Assembly: GCA_017510985.1 (NCBI GenBank) | Contig: JAFWLR010000001.1 | Location: forward strand, 1,384-65,383 | Direction: 5' to 3' | From: Candidatus Saccharimonadota bacterium | GTDB lineage: Bacteria; Patescibacteriota; Saccharimonadia; Saccharimonadales; Saccharimonadaceae | Length of the DNA stretch: 64,000 bases | In this document: one piece after another, positions 18,769 to 29,106 of the stretch | Numbering within the stretch: position 1 is the stretch's first letter | Layout: each line of letters opens with the position of its first letter | Program-made: the position numbers and the translations under genes | The notes under the pieces: generated by a model | Seen by the model: the letters and a program-made list of their open reading frames with translations, nothing else | Database searches by the model: none | Told to the model about the DNA's origin: nothing

Positions 18769-21120
18769 TTATGGCTCAATCACCCAAGGGTCGGTGGAGG
18801 TGCCGGTGCCGGAGGTGATGGTGGTGGAGTTTGCAAGAGAGATGGTAGGGCGAATACCAGTAGATTCTGTAATTTGTGGACTAATAGAGTTGCCATTGCT
18901 ACTCGACACGCCACATACAAGAATTCCTCCACCGTTTCCACGATAATTTGGTGAAAGTAACCAAAAAGTAGCTGCCCTCAAATATGAATACCTTGAATAG
19001 TTGGAAGAGCTAGTAACTATAGTGCCATAGCTAGATTGACCGGTCTGATATCCGTGCCCCACTAGAGCTGCTTCGTCTGCCGTCAATAATGATAATGGGT
19101 ATTCCAAGTATCCATTGCTTGTAGCAAGTAAATCATAACCTGTCTTATTTTTACAGCTTAGAGACATCTTACCGCCAGATATTTCATTGCGCAGTGCGAC
19201 GTTAAAAGTAATCATTTCTCCTGATGGTCCATATGGGGTAATAGTGGCACTATCGTAGTGAAAGCTCCTATCATTGCACCAACCAGCGCTGGTTTCTAAT
19301 TTACTATTGATATTGTAGTTAAATAAGTTGCTGCTGTTGACGTACCAGTTTTCCACTGCAGTACGTGCATTAGAAGCGGTTATAGTGTTGCTACTATTGT
19401 TGTTTGAGAAAACCTCACTAACACCAATTGGCGAAGTATAATTAGTGTTATTATAAGCGTAATCACTATTGTAGCTATAGCCCACATAAACTACAAAACC
19501 TTTAGTACCATAAAGATCTGCATCATAATTCAGCGTGCCACGGTTAAAATACGTTTTTCCTGCCATAGCATTGCTACCGGTATTCGCACAGGTAGAACTA
19601 TCCCACACCCCATTATAAATCATCTTCGTCCCACCAGTAGCAGTAGTTCGGACAATACGCCAGCAGGTATCAGCTTTGTTTGAGTTAGGATCGTGGAGTC
19701 TAACGTAATTGTGATAATAGGCAGAGTCACCTGTTGATGGGATACCACCATATTGATCACTTGTGGTGTAAGTACTATCAAGAGCTCCTCTAAAATAGTA
19801 GATATCTTCCGTGTTTAATGTCTCGTCTGGGTTATCATTAGCAGCACCGTAGTAAGAGGCATCGTATTTATAAACACCCGAGTTACTAGTATCAGTAGCA
19901 GGATCACCAGTAATGGGACTAGTAATGACGGCTTGCATATCAGCTAGGGTTTGAGTACGTTCAGTGGTAGTAGTAATGCCATTAGTAGTAGTGGTAGTGG
20001 TTTTAACTTGGCAAGTAACTAAATCGTGGAGGTTAGTCTTACCAGCACAAGTACTAGTATTCCAAATGGCATAGAGAGTTAAATCATTGGCAACAGCATT
20101 AGTTTGATCTAAGGTATAAGTAGAGTTACCATAATAAGTAGTACCAGTACAAGCACCATCTACGGTTGTAGCTACAGTACACCAACCATTAAAGAAGTAG
20201 TTCTTTCTAACTGGGGCATTAGGAGCTATAGTAACTGTTTCGCCTAAGGAGCCAGTATCACTAGCGGTATGGTTAGGAGGCATATTGGCAGTATTAGCTC
20301 CATCGTCTGCTATGTCAGCAGTATCATTAGCATAGTAGGTAATAGTATAGGGTGTAGGATTACCTACTGCCGCAAAAGTAAAGTTAGTAGTATAGGCTCC
20401 TTGGGTAATAGTATAATCTAATCTAGCTCCTATAGCTACCGTATAGTTAGTAGGAATTAAGTTGCTAGTACCATCTTCTACTTCACTAGTTGTACTAGTA
20501 ATATCTAGAGTTTGTCCAGTTAGTGGTGCTGGGAGATAGTATTGGTTAGTTGTATTATCTACACAAGAACTAACACTACTACCAGTACAATATTTACTAG
20601 GTAGATAGCCCCATTTGTTGTTATAGTTAGTAGTACTAGTAGAGTCTGTAGCAGCAAAAGTAGCAGCATTAATGCCTACTACACCAGTAGGAGGAGTAAA
20701 GGTATCTATGGTATGAGTTACATTAGGATTAACGCTAGTATCCGTAAAAGAAAGGTCTGTAGCTGTAGCCGTTAATGTATATCCACTGGCATGATTAGTA
20801 GTTACACCAATCGTAGTAGCATTACTACTGACAAACTTACCATCCTTAGTAGGTGGGACATTCATCACAATAGGGCCAGTAGAAGAAACTGAGACTGTAA
20901 TGGAACTGGCTGTAGCGTACGTATTAGGACTCGCTAGTATTGGTAAAGCTAGTAACATAATAAGCAGAGTGAAAGTGCCAGTAGAAGTTATACATTTGCC
21001 CTCCTTAGTCTGGATGCTGTCTCTGACATCCCGACCGGGCCGCCTACTGACACTTTCACTAGGCTTATTGGCTCTATTTGAGCGATTTAATATTCTTGCG
21101 AGTTTGCTTACGAGAGACAT
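18769..21120 (-). CDS. Large secreted/surface protein, paralog of 1546-4077
   Basis: Near-identical N-terminal third, InlB B-repeat-like domain, CWRIVRT, FWLLSP...IRPTISL; same GGAGGTCAC RBS. Confidence 0.8.
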   Translation of the reverse strand: MSLVSKLARILNRSNRANKPSESVSRRPGRDVRDSIQTKEGKCITSTGTFTLLIMLLALPILASPNTYATASSITVSVSSTGPIVMNVPPTKDGKFVSSNATTIGVTTNHASGYTLTATATDLSFTDTSVNPNVTHTIDTFTPPTGVVGINAATFAATDSTSTTNYNNKWGYLPSKYCTGSSVSSCVDNTTNQYYLPAPLTGQTLDITSTTSEVEDGTSNLIPTNYTVAIGARLDYTITQGAYTTNFTFAAVGNPTPYTITYYANDTADIADDGANTANMPPNHTASDTGSLGETVTIAPNAPVRKNYFFNGWCTVATTVDGACTGTTYYGNSTYTLDQTNAVANDLTLYAIWNTSTCAGKTNLHDLVTCQVKTTTTTTNGITTTTERTQTLADMQAVITSPITGDPATDTSNSGVYKYDASYYGAANDNPDETLNTEDIYYFRGALDSTYTTSDQYGGIPSTGDSAYYHNYVRLHDPNSNKADTCWRIVRTTATGGTKMIYNGVWDSSTCANTGSNAMAGKTYFNRGTLNYDADLYGTKGFVVYVGYSYNSDYAYNNTNYTSPIGVSEVFSNNNSSNTITASNARTAVENWYVNSSNLFNYNINSKLETSAGWCNDRSFHYDSATITPYGPSGEMITFNVALRNEISGGKMSLSCKNKTGYDLLATSNGYLEYPLSLLTADEAALVGHGYQTGQSSYGTIVTSSSNYSRYSYLRAATFWLLSPNYRGNGGGILVCGVSSSNGNSISPQITESTGIRPTISLANSTTITSGTGTSTDPWVIEP
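20959..21069. repeat. Coding palindromic element A (copy 2)
   Basis: AGTGAAAGTGCCAGTAG (20968-20984) / CTACTGACACTTTCACT (21044-21060), flanked by AATAAGC/GCTTATT. Confidence 0.75.
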
Positions 21121-21162
21121 TGTGACCTCCGATTAGTTATTGTTGAACCTCTGGAACTAATT

Positions 21163-21311
21163 AAAAATGGCACCATGAGGTGCTACAGTCAAACGAATCT
21201 ACCAGCTATGCTGCCGATAAAGCGTTGACTACCTCGTGGTGCCATTTTTCGCTTCATCGAACAGCTGGGAATAAATTTAGCAGCTATTGATAGGTTCATT
21301 TAACTGTAGCA
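21163..21311 (-). promoter_or_regulatory. Structured leader RNA (copy 2)
   Basis: Outer stem 21181-21189/21303-21311 with extension; 21231-21249 complementary to 21163-21181 (18/19). Confidence 0.75.
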
Positions 21312-21365
21312 ATTCTATTATTGCACAAAAATTTGCCAAATTCAAGACTGAATTTTGATGGGAAA

Positions 21366-21944
21366 TTATTTTTGTTTTTTGGAATGGTGGCGAGATTTAA
21401 GGGTTTTAAGTAGACGGCCGTGAGCGCGGAAGCCGTATTTGCCGTTAATAGGGTCTTTGAAGAGGAAAGTTTTGAGTGGCTCGAGGGTGAGAGTCATGTA
21501 ACAGCCAAAGAAGATAAAGAGGCCAATGCAAGATAGGTATTGAGCGAAGTAAGGAATATTGGGAGCAACTAAAATGCCGTAGAACGAAAGTTGGCTCAAA
21601 ATGATAGCGATATAGAAAAGAGTGATGTCTAGAGGAAGAATAGATTTCTTGGTAAAGTGACGATAAGAGTAGAAAATGACTGGGATAGTGATAATGATAA
21701 CCAGGAGGCTAACGAGCTTGGCAAGAAAATAGTTGGGGTCGGCGCCGTAGAAGAAGCCGTCGTAGAGGCTCCAGAGAAAAGTAGCGGTGAGAGCGAGCTT
21801 AATGTGTTCCCAGGTAGATTCGTTGACGGCGGTAAAGAGGCCGATAATGCGATTTTGATGGGTCCAATCGTAAAGGAAATGAGTGAGGGTACCGATAATA
21901 GATATGATGGCGACGCCGAACCAGAAACTAAATACGTAATCCAT
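21366..21944 (-). CDS. Membrane protein, DUF6512-like
   Basis: GTLTHFLYDW, AVNESTWEHIKL motifs, several TM helices. Confidence 0.75.
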   Translation of the reverse strand: MDYVFSFWFGVAIISIIGTLTHFLYDWTHQNRIIGLFTAVNESTWEHIKLALTATFLWSLYDGFFYGADPNYFLAKLVSLLVIIITIPVIFYSYRHFTKKSILPLDITLFYIAIILSQLSFYGILVAPNIPYFAQYLSCIGLFIFFGCYMTLTLEPLKTFLFKDPINGKYGFRAHGRLLKTLKSRHHSKKQK

Positions 21945-22005
21945 AGAATTATTATAGCATAGTTGTTATGGTTTTGATTAGAGAGGTTTGTGATATAATA
22001 AGAGT

Positions 22006-22096
22006 GGAAGCGTGGCCGAGTGGTTGAAGGCGCACGACTCGAAATCGTGTGGGCGGGTTGACCGTCTCGGGAGTTCGAATCTCCCCGCTTCCGCCA
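22006..22096 (+). tRNA. tRNA-Ser(CGA)
   Basis: Anticodon arm CACGA-CT CGA AA-TCGTG, long variable arm, TTCGAATC, CCA. Confidence 0.95.
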
Positions 22097-22175
22097 TTTT
22101 TTATTGCGACAGGATAGATATAGGCAAAAGTGGTGCTGCCTGATATAATAGGGGCAGATAAACGGAAGGTCCAAA

Positions 22176-23180
22176 ATGACAGACGAGAAACGGATCGAGA
22201 TATATAAGGGGCTGACGGGGGAAGTGGTGTTTGATGTAGATACGGACGAAGATACAATTTGGGCGACAAGAACGCAGATATCGCAATTGTTTGGAGTTAC
22301 CCCGCAGAATATCACGATGCATATGCGGAATGTGTTTGAATCGGGAGAGCTAAAAGAAGAACGAACTAGTAAGGAATCCTTACTAGTTCAAAATGAGGGC
22401 GGCCGCCAAACTCGGCGTAAGGTGAAATTATACAATTTGGACGCGATTATTTCTGTAGGATATCGAGTAAATTCAAAAAAGGCGACGGACTTCCGGATTT
22501 GGGCGACGAGCGTATTAAAGCACTACGTAACAGATGGAATAGCAGTAAATCAACGACGATTAAAAACTCTGCAGGACAAAAAAGATGCAAAACGACTAAG
22601 GGAAGTAGAAAAAATGATGGGGCTAGTGAGACGACTGACGACCACTAAGCTACTGGATGCAGGGGAGGCAAATGGGGTGCTAGAAGTAATTTCACGCTAC
22701 GCAGGAAGCTTTAAAACACTGAAAGAATATGACGAAGGATATATTGATTTGTCTTTTATTGGAGGCAAACGAAAACAAAAGGAGCTGACAGTGGCGGCCT
22801 GTGTGACAGCGGTAGAAGAGCTAAAACGAAGCGTACAAGGTGGGGAATTATTTGGTAAATTGCGCAATAACAGTTTTGAGGGAAGCCTGGCAGCGATTTT
22901 TCAAAGTTTTGACGAAAAAGAACTGTACCCAAGCGTACCAGAGAAGGCAGCGAATTTATTATATTTTATTATTAAAGATCATCCGTTTTATGATGGAAAT
23001 AAAAGAATTGGAGCGCTACTGTTTGTGTTGTTTTTGACACTAAATAATTGTAATTTGACTGAGAACGGGGAAACTAAAATTAGCGATAGGGCACTGACAG
23101 CAATTGCGCTATTAATTGCAGAAAGTAAACCAAAAGAAAAGGATTTGATCGTGAGTTTAGTGAGAAAGCTATTAGAATAA
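22176..23180 (+). CDS. RhuM-family DNA-binding domain fused to Fic/Doc domain
   Basis: YNLDAIISVGYRVNS..AT.FRIWAT; HPFYDGNKRIG Fic motif. Confidence 0.9.
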   Translation: MTDEKRIEIYKGLTGEVVFDVDTDEDTIWATRTQISQLFGVTPQNITMHMRNVFESGELKEERTSKESLLVQNEGGRQTRRKVKLYNLDAIISVGYRVNSKKATDFRIWATSVLKHYVTDGIAVNQRRLKTLQDKKDAKRLREVEKMMGLVRRLTTTKLLDAGEANGVLEVISRYAGSFKTLKEYDEGYIDLSFIGGKRKQKELTVAACVTAVEELKRSVQGGELFGKLRNNSFEGSLAAIFQSFDEKELYPSVPEKAANLLYFIIKDHPFYDGNKRIGALLFVLFLTLNNCNLTENGETKISDRALTAIALLIAESKPKEKDLIVSLVRKLLE

Positions 23181-23217
23181 GTTTGGTGATTTTAAGGGAA
23201 GGTGATATAATCAAAAT

Positions 23218-23970
23218 ATGAGCAAACGGGAAAAAACTAACCAAGTAAAAAACAAAAACGGTGGGTTGAAATCCGGGTCGCAAAAATTAAAGGCGAAAGT
23301 GCTAAAATCTTATTACGGCAATCCGATGAAGGATATGAAACTAGTGGCGATTACTGGTACGACAGGAAAGGTAACAGTGGCACATTATGTACATGAGATT
23401 CTGAAGAATGCCGGAGAACAGGTAGCAGTACTAGCTAGTGACCAACCGTTTAAGATGGGGATGTTACATAAGTTTTTATCGGACGCTTGGAAGGCGGGGG
23501 CAAATTACGTAGTAGTAACAGTGCCGGCGGAGGGGCTTAAGAATAATGTATTTTACGGGCTGCCAGTAACGGTGGCAGCAATAACGAATTTTATAACTGC
23601 AAAACTACACGATATGGAGCCAGAGGAATATCTGGAAAACGAAAAAACTTTGTTTGATATGAAGCCGGAAATAGTAGTACTTAATCACGATGATTTGAAT
23701 TATGATACTTTTGCAGAATTTAAGGGAAAGAAAAAGACGCTCACCTATGGTCAGAGTAGTGCAGATATAAAGGTGCTAAATTCTAAATTATATAACAAAG
23801 GGACTGAGGCAACAATATCGATAGATTCAGAGATTATCACGGTGGCAACGTTTATGCCGGGAGAAACAGCGGTGTCTTATATGGCTTGTGCCACAGCAAT
23901 AGCACACGGACTAGAAATGACCAACGAGCAGATTATTGAGGGGATCGCAGAATATGAACCAGAAAAATAA
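23218..23970 (+). CDS. Truncated Mur ligase (MurE-like central domain only)
   Basis: VAITGTTGKVT degenerate P-loop, VVLNHDD, TYG; lacks C-terminal domain. Confidence 0.7.
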   Translation: MSKREKTNQVKNKNGGLKSGSQKLKAKVLKSYYGNPMKDMKLVAITGTTGKVTVAHYVHEILKNAGEQVAVLASDQPFKMGMLHKFLSDAWKAGANYVVVTVPAEGLKNNVFYGLPVTVAAITNFITAKLHDMEPEEYLENEKTLFDMKPEIVVLNHDDLNYDTFAEFKGKKKTLTYGQSSADIKVLNSKLYNKGTEATISIDSEIITVATFMPGETAVSYMACATAIAHGLEMTNEQIIEGIAEYEPEK

Positions 23971-23985
23971 ATAGAGCTATTTGTA

Positions 23986-24020
23986 ACTAAAATCAGAGCC
24001 TGGACGGCTCTGATTTTAGT
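23986..24020. terminator. Bidirectional terminator
   Basis: ACTAAAATCAGAGCC-tggac-GGCTCTGATTTTAGT perfect stem between convergent genes. Confidence 0.85.
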
Positions 24021-24033
24021 AGGTATATCCATC

Positions 24034-25434
24034 TTAAGAAGCGTAAGATTTACTGAGATTTTCGATAGCTTGGTAGATTTCTTCTATTACGTCCATCACG
24101 GGACGAGTGTCGGTAGGAGCGGAAATATTGGCGCTCTTAGGATAGGTAAATTTGAGGTCAGAAGAAAGTTGGTAAGACTCATTTTGCTGATTGAGTTTGA
24201 GCTCGGTAAGGTGATGGTTGAGGAAGCCGTCAAATTTGGCGGAGATTTTAGGAAGAAAATTAATGACAGACTGGATATCGGAAGCAGTGAAGTTGGGATT
24301 GGTTGTATCTGAGATAGTAGTGTTGGTACAAGTGGCGAGATCGCTAGACAATTTAGTATGTGGGAGGCCGTTTAGATAGCCGGCTAGATTAGTAGCATCA
24401 AAGCTGATGTCATAGAAGGAATCGGCAGCGGAGGTCATAATGAGGAAGGGATTTTGGTTGTAAAGGTCGGAAAGCTCGCTAGAATAATTAGATATTTGGT
24501 TTAGAGTATTGATAGTACAATGGTAGGCACTGGTGACGCTTTGGCGGGTATAAACTGGAATATCGCCGAGTAAATTACTACTCATAACGTCGTCTAGGGA
24601 AATTTCGATCCATTGGCCGTCGATAGAGGCGATAATGTTGCTGATTTGGTCGAGAATTTCGGTGGCGACATTGTTGATGGAAGTTGCTATTTCTGGGGTG
24701 ATGTTGGTTTGGTAAAAACTGTAGCAGTTAGAATATTCCTCGGAAGTAGTAGTGGTAGTATAACAATCTTGAACCAGGGCAGTGCGGTAGTTAGATCCAA
24801 GTTGATAAGTGAGGGCTTCGTAAGCGGAATCATAGATGGCGCTCTCATAAAAATCTTTGAGCCCAGTGGCTTCGAGATAAAGGACGCCATCGTTTAGCAT
24901 AACTTCGCCAATTCCTACTGAAGCAGTCTGAGTATTGTTGGCGAAATCAACGCTGATAGTAGCGGTGGCAGAGTTATTCATGCCGGCGGATTCCTCGTTA
25001 AAATTGAGACTAACAGATTCAATACCGATTTTTTCACTACCGGGTATAGCAATATTGATGGAACCATTAATATCAACTTGGTCAGCAGTAAAGAGATTAT
25101 TGAGTGCGCTAAGAGCAATGTTGTTGGGTTGGTTTTTGATAATGGCAAAGGCGGTAAAAATGCCACCACCAACGAGAAGAACGGCAAAAATGGAAACTAG
25201 AGCAATAATAAGACCTTTCTTTCGTTTTTTCTTACCTGCTTCAAGGATAATGTCACCAGAATCTGGGTTAGTTTTTGGCAAATCAACAGGGTTGATAGTA
25301 GTAGCGTTGACAGGGCTATTGACGGAGTTGCCATTAGATCTGTCGGCAGAACCATCGACAGGCTCGATAGTGCCTGGTGTAGTAGTTGGTGGTGTAGGGG
25401 TTGGCTGGCCTACAGAGTTTGGTTGATTATCCAT
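24034..25434 (-). CDS. Membrane-anchored hypothetical protein
   Basis: P/T-rich N-terminus, KKKRKK plus one TM helix, extracellular domain. Confidence 0.75.
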   Translation of the reverse strand: MDNQPNSVGQPTPTPPTTTPGTIEPVDGSADRSNGNSVNSPVNATTINPVDLPKTNPDSGDIILEAGKKKRKKGLIIALVSIFAVLLVGGGIFTAFAIIKNQPNNIALSALNNLFTADQVDINGSINIAIPGSEKIGIESVSLNFNEESAGMNNSATATISVDFANNTQTASVGIGEVMLNDGVLYLEATGLKDFYESAIYDSAYEALTYQLGSNYRTALVQDCYTTTTTSEEYSNCYSFYQTNITPEIATSINNVATEILDQISNIIASIDGQWIEISLDDVMSSNLLGDIPVYTRQSVTSAYHCTINTLNQISNYSSELSDLYNQNPFLIMTSAADSFYDISFDATNLAGYLNGLPHTKLSSDLATCTNTTISDTTNPNFTASDIQSVINFLPKISAKFDGFLNHHLTELKLNQQNESYQLSSDLKFTYPKSANISAPTDTRPVMDVIEEIYQAIENLSKSYAS

Positions 25435-25475
25435 AAAATGCTCCCGCTTATATTACTTAAGCTTATTATAACATA

Positions 25476-26732
25476 TTATTTTGACGATCTGAGTAATTCT
25501 TTGACGACTTTGATATCTTCAAAATCGTGGGGGCCGTCGGCGCGAAGGATGGTTTTTTCGTGACCTTTGCCGAGGATAAGAACAAGGTCACCCTTTTTAG
25601 CTTTATCAAGGGCGAGTTTGATGGCTTTTTTACGGTCTAGTTCTTTGAAGAGGTCTTTATTTAGGATTTTGCCGTGTTTTTCGGCGCCATCTATAAAGCC
25701 TTGTGCGATTTTTTCGGGATCTTCGTCACGAGAATCATCTTCAGTAATAATGACGATATCAGAATGCTGTGCGAGGATAGCACCGCGAATGGGGCGGGTG
25801 GAAGGGTCGCGACGGCCGGCACCACCGTGGACGGATATGATTTTGCCTTTGTGACTTTTGACAGAATCGAAAACTTTTTCAAGAGCGTCGGGGGCATGAG
25901 CATAATCAACTATAATGGTGAAAGGCTGGCCTACATCGACAATATTCATGTGACCTTCGACACTGTCTAAGGATTTGATGCCTTGTTCGATTTGCTTATT
26001 GGTGAGACCGAGCTTTTGACCGACTAAGCAAGCGGCGAGGGAATTGTAAACATTGAATTCGCCAGGGATTTTGGTCTCGATATTTATATCACCAGATGAA
26101 TATTTGACGCCAGTGGCAGAAAGTTTTATCTGTTTTGCTTGATGGTCGCCATGTTTAATGCCATAAGTGGTAAACTCACGGGCTAGATTTTTGTAATATT
26201 TGATGGATGGGTCGTCGGCATTCAGAATACTGAATTTGGCTTTCTTGAAAAGCTTACCTTTGGCGGCGCGATAGCGGGCAAGGGTCTTGTGATAGTCGAG
26301 ATGCTCGTGAGTGAGATTGGTAAAGACAGCAATTTCGACAGGAATGCCGAGAGTGCGAAATTCAGCAAGAGCGTGAGAGGTGATCTCAAGAACGAGAAAT
26401 TTTGCGCCCTGGTTTTTGATTTCTTGGATACGCTGATTAAGAGTGAAGGCGTCCACGGTAGTCATATGACCAAGTTCAGGCTTTAACTTATCTGTGCCCC
26501 AGGCAACGGTAGTCATAAGACCAGTTTTGTAGCCGGCTTGATTTAACATATGCCAAATCATAAAACAAGTGGTAGTTTTACCATTGGTGCCAGTAACTCC
26601 GATAACGCGGAGATTTTTGGCGGGGTGATGATATTTGATGCCGGCAGCAACGGATTGAGCGTAATGATAAGGAAGAACTAGATCGTCATAAAATGGGAGT
26701 TTTTCTAGGAATTTTTTGAGTTGTGTTTTCAT
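25476..26732 (-). CDS. murE: UDP-MurNAc-dipeptide ligase MurE
   Basis: GVTGTNGKTTT, LEITSHAL, TNLTHEHLDYH, DYAH, GKGHE; start revised to MKTQL. Confidence 0.9.
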   Translation of the reverse strand: MKTQLKKFLEKLPFYDDLVLPYHYAQSVAAGIKYHHPAKNLRVIGVTGTNGKTTTCFMIWHMLNQAGYKTGLMTTVAWGTDKLKPELGHMTTVDAFTLNQRIQEIKNQGAKFLVLEITSHALAEFRTLGIPVEIAVFTNLTHEHLDYHKTLARYRAAKGKLFKKAKFSILNADDPSIKYYKNLAREFTTYGIKHGDHQAKQIKLSATGVKYSSGDINIETKIPGEFNVYNSLAACLVGQKLGLTNKQIEQGIKSLDSVEGHMNIVDVGQPFTIIVDYAHAPDALEKVFDSVKSHKGKIISVHGGAGRRDPSTRPIRGAILAQHSDIVIITEDDSRDEDPEKIAQGFIDGAEKHGKILNKDLFKELDRKKAIKLALDKAKKGDLVLILGKGHEKTILRADGPHDFEDIKVVKELLRSSK

Positions 26733-26769
26733 ATAGTTATTATAGCAGATTTCAGACGAAATGAGCTGA

Positions 26770-28002
26770 TTAGCGGTAGTGTTTGAGAGAGTCAATTGGA
26801 TTCTTGGCGGCAGCTTTGATGGCGGGGTAGATACCAAAAATAATGCCGACTGCTAGAGTAGTAAGTAAGGTAATTAAGAGAATTTCCCAGCTAATATAGG
26901 GACTAAATGGCGTAATGGTAGAAATGAGAAAGGCGAAGGCGTATCCTAACACTAGTCCAAAAATACCGCCGAGGATAGACAAGATAAGTGCCTCAAAGAG
27001 GAACTGCATCAAGATGTTGCGACTAGAGGCACCGACGGCCTTGCGGACGCCGATTTCGTGATTACGCTCAGAGACAGAAACGAGCATAATATTCATAACT
27101 CCTATACCGCCAACAACTAATGAAATCGCCGCTACCAATGTCAACATGCCGGACACAATTGTAAAGAGGGAACTAGCAGGATGGGAAATTTCGTCACCGT
27201 AGGCGACGGTGAAATTTTGGTCGCCAAGTTTTTGATTGGCGAGAGCTTTTTCGATATTTTCAGAGATTTGAGGGAGAAGGTCGGTACTAGCGGCCTTGAT
27301 ATTGATTTGCTGAATTTGGGTAGAACCGGTGATTTTATCAAGAGAATCGGCACTCATAATAAGGGCGTTATCAAAGTCGATATTGTCAAAATTGATAGAC
27401 TTGTTGATTTCATCCAAAACACCGACAACCATAAATTTTTCGCCCATAATAGTAACCATCTGGCCAACAGTACTATTAATAGTATTAAAAAGGGCGAGAG
27501 AAAGGGTGTGACCGAGCACGACGGAATGAGCTTCGTTGGCTTTGGTGAGGAAGGCGCCGTGGCGCAAAGTGAGAGGTTCAATTTTGATAAAGTCTACGTT
27601 GGTACCGAGAATAGGAACGGAAGAGAAAGTGTTTTTGTCGGAAGCGACAGTATTGGTAGAAATGGCAATAGGAGCGACAGCAGTAACACCTTCAACATCG
27701 GCAATGGCTTTGATATCATTGAGAGCTAGACTGGACTTTTGAAAAGAATTGGCAGTAGTGAGTTCTTCGACAATATTAGTCACAGTATCCTTGGTGGCAG
27801 TAGGGCGAACCACGATAAGATCGGAACCAATTTCAGCAACCTCGTTTTTAATTAGATTAGAAATGCTGCCCATAAGAGAGAGAATAAGGATAATACTAGC
27901 GACACCAATAGCGATACCAAGACAAGTAAGGAAAGACCGGGTGCGATTTTCCTTAATCGCCGTGCGAGCAAGTTTATAATGAGTTCTGATTAGTAAAGCC
28001 AT
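26770..28002 (-). CDS. MacB/FtsX-like ABC transporter permease
   Basis: RSFLTCLGIAIGV, GGIGVMNIMLVSVSER..EIGVRKAVGA. Confidence 0.93.
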   Translation of the reverse strand: MALLIRTHYKLARTAIKENRTRSFLTCLGIAIGVASIILILSLMGSISNLIKNEVAEIGSDLIVVRPTATKDTVTNIVEELTTANSFQKSSLALNDIKAIADVEGVTAVAPIAISTNTVASDKNTFSSVPILGTNVDFIKIEPLTLRHGAFLTKANEAHSVVLGHTLSLALFNTINSTVGQMVTIMGEKFMVVGVLDEINKSINFDNIDFDNALIMSADSLDKITGSTQIQQINIKAASTDLLPQISENIEKALANQKLGDQNFTVAYGDEISHPASSLFTIVSGMLTLVAAISLVVGGIGVMNIMLVSVSERNHEIGVRKAVGASSRNILMQFLFEALILSILGGIFGLVLGYAFAFLISTITPFSPYISWEILLITLLTTLAVGIIFGIYPAIKAAAKNPIDSLKHYR

Positions 28003-28917
28003 TTATTTTTTCCTCCGGTGTTTAGATTTTTTCTTGGAGTGTTTGGTATCTTTGGTCTGGTCAGACTGATCTGAATTTTTGATTGGTTCGGAGGTAGATT
28101 CTTGAGACTCTTTAGATTCTTTAACTGAATCTGAAGTAGGAAGTTCAATACTGGCGGCAATGGCGGCTTTGCGCTCTTTACGGCGTTTAATTTTGACACT
28201 GATAGGTTGCGGAAGGTTAGCGTCGGCTACTGTCTTAACATCGGTATCAATCTGGCCGTCTAGCATATTGATGACACGAGTAGCATAAACAGTGAGGGAA
28301 GGATTGTGAGTGACCATAATGATAGTGTTGCCCTCTTCATGAATAGCCTTTAATTCTTCCATGACGATATGGGAACTACGAGAATCTAGATTACCGGTAG
28401 GTTCGTCAGCTAAAATAATCTCGGGACTACCAACAATAGCACGAGCAATAGCCACGCGCTGTTGTTGACCGCCGGAAAGTTGGTAAGGATAATAATACTC
28501 TCTTTCTTGAAGATGGAAACGCTTGAGAGCACTAGAGGCTTGTTTGAGCCGAGAAGTCTTGGTGTAACCAGTATAGACTAGAGGCAAAGCGACGTTCTCA
28601 ATAATGGGCAAATCCTCTATGAGGTTGAAATTTTGAAAAACAAAACCGATTTTCTTGGCACGGAGCTTGGCCTGGCGGCGAGCAGAAATACCGGCAACAT
28701 TTTCACCGTTTAAGATATATTCACCTCTGGTAGCGCGGTCTAATAAACCGATAATATCAAGCAGAGTAGTCTTACCACAGCCAGAAGGACCCATGATCAT
28801 GATGAATTCACCGCGCTTGATAGTAAGATCAAAATCTTTGAGAGCAAAAGTTTCAGTATCACCATAGCCATAACGCTTAGTTAAACCTTTTAATTCAATT
28901 AAGATATTTTCGCTCAT
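28003..28917 (-). CDS. ABC transporter ATP-binding protein (LolD/MacB-like)
   Basis: [28 protein letters not shown]; charged C-terminal tail. Confidence 0.95.
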   Translation of the reverse strand: MSENILIELKGLTKRYGYGDTETFALKDFDLTIKRGEFIMIMGPSGCGKTTLLDIIGLLDRATRGEYILNGENVAGISARRQAKLRAKKIGFVFQNFNLIEDLPIIENVALPLVYTGYTKTSRLKQASSALKRFHLQEREYYYPYQLSGGQQQRVAIARAIVGSPEIILADEPTGNLDSRSSHIVMEELKAIHEEGNTIIMVTHNPSLTVYATRVINMLDGQIDTDVKTVADANLPQPISVKIKRRKERKAAIAASIELPTSDSVKESKESQESTSEPIKNSDQSDQTKDTKHSKKKSKHRRKK

Positions 28918-29026
28918 TTTTACTCTTTGGTCTGTCTTTAATAAAGTAGCCGGGGTGGCTACGACTATTACTTAATTTGATTATAGCATACTGCGGGAAA
29001 ATATGGGAAATGATTTTCATAAAAAA

Positions 29027-29106
29027 TGGCGGAAAGGACAGGATTGGGATCCTAGATCCATTCCTTCAAAATACTAAAAACAGAGCAAGCTCTGTTTTTA
29101 CTATTT
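29027..29106. repeat. tRNA-Ser 3'-end duplication with intervening hairpin
   Basis: TGGCGGAAAGGACAGGATT at 29027-29045 repeats 29107-29125; TAAAAACAGAGC-aa-GCTCTGTTTTTA between. Confidence 0.8.
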
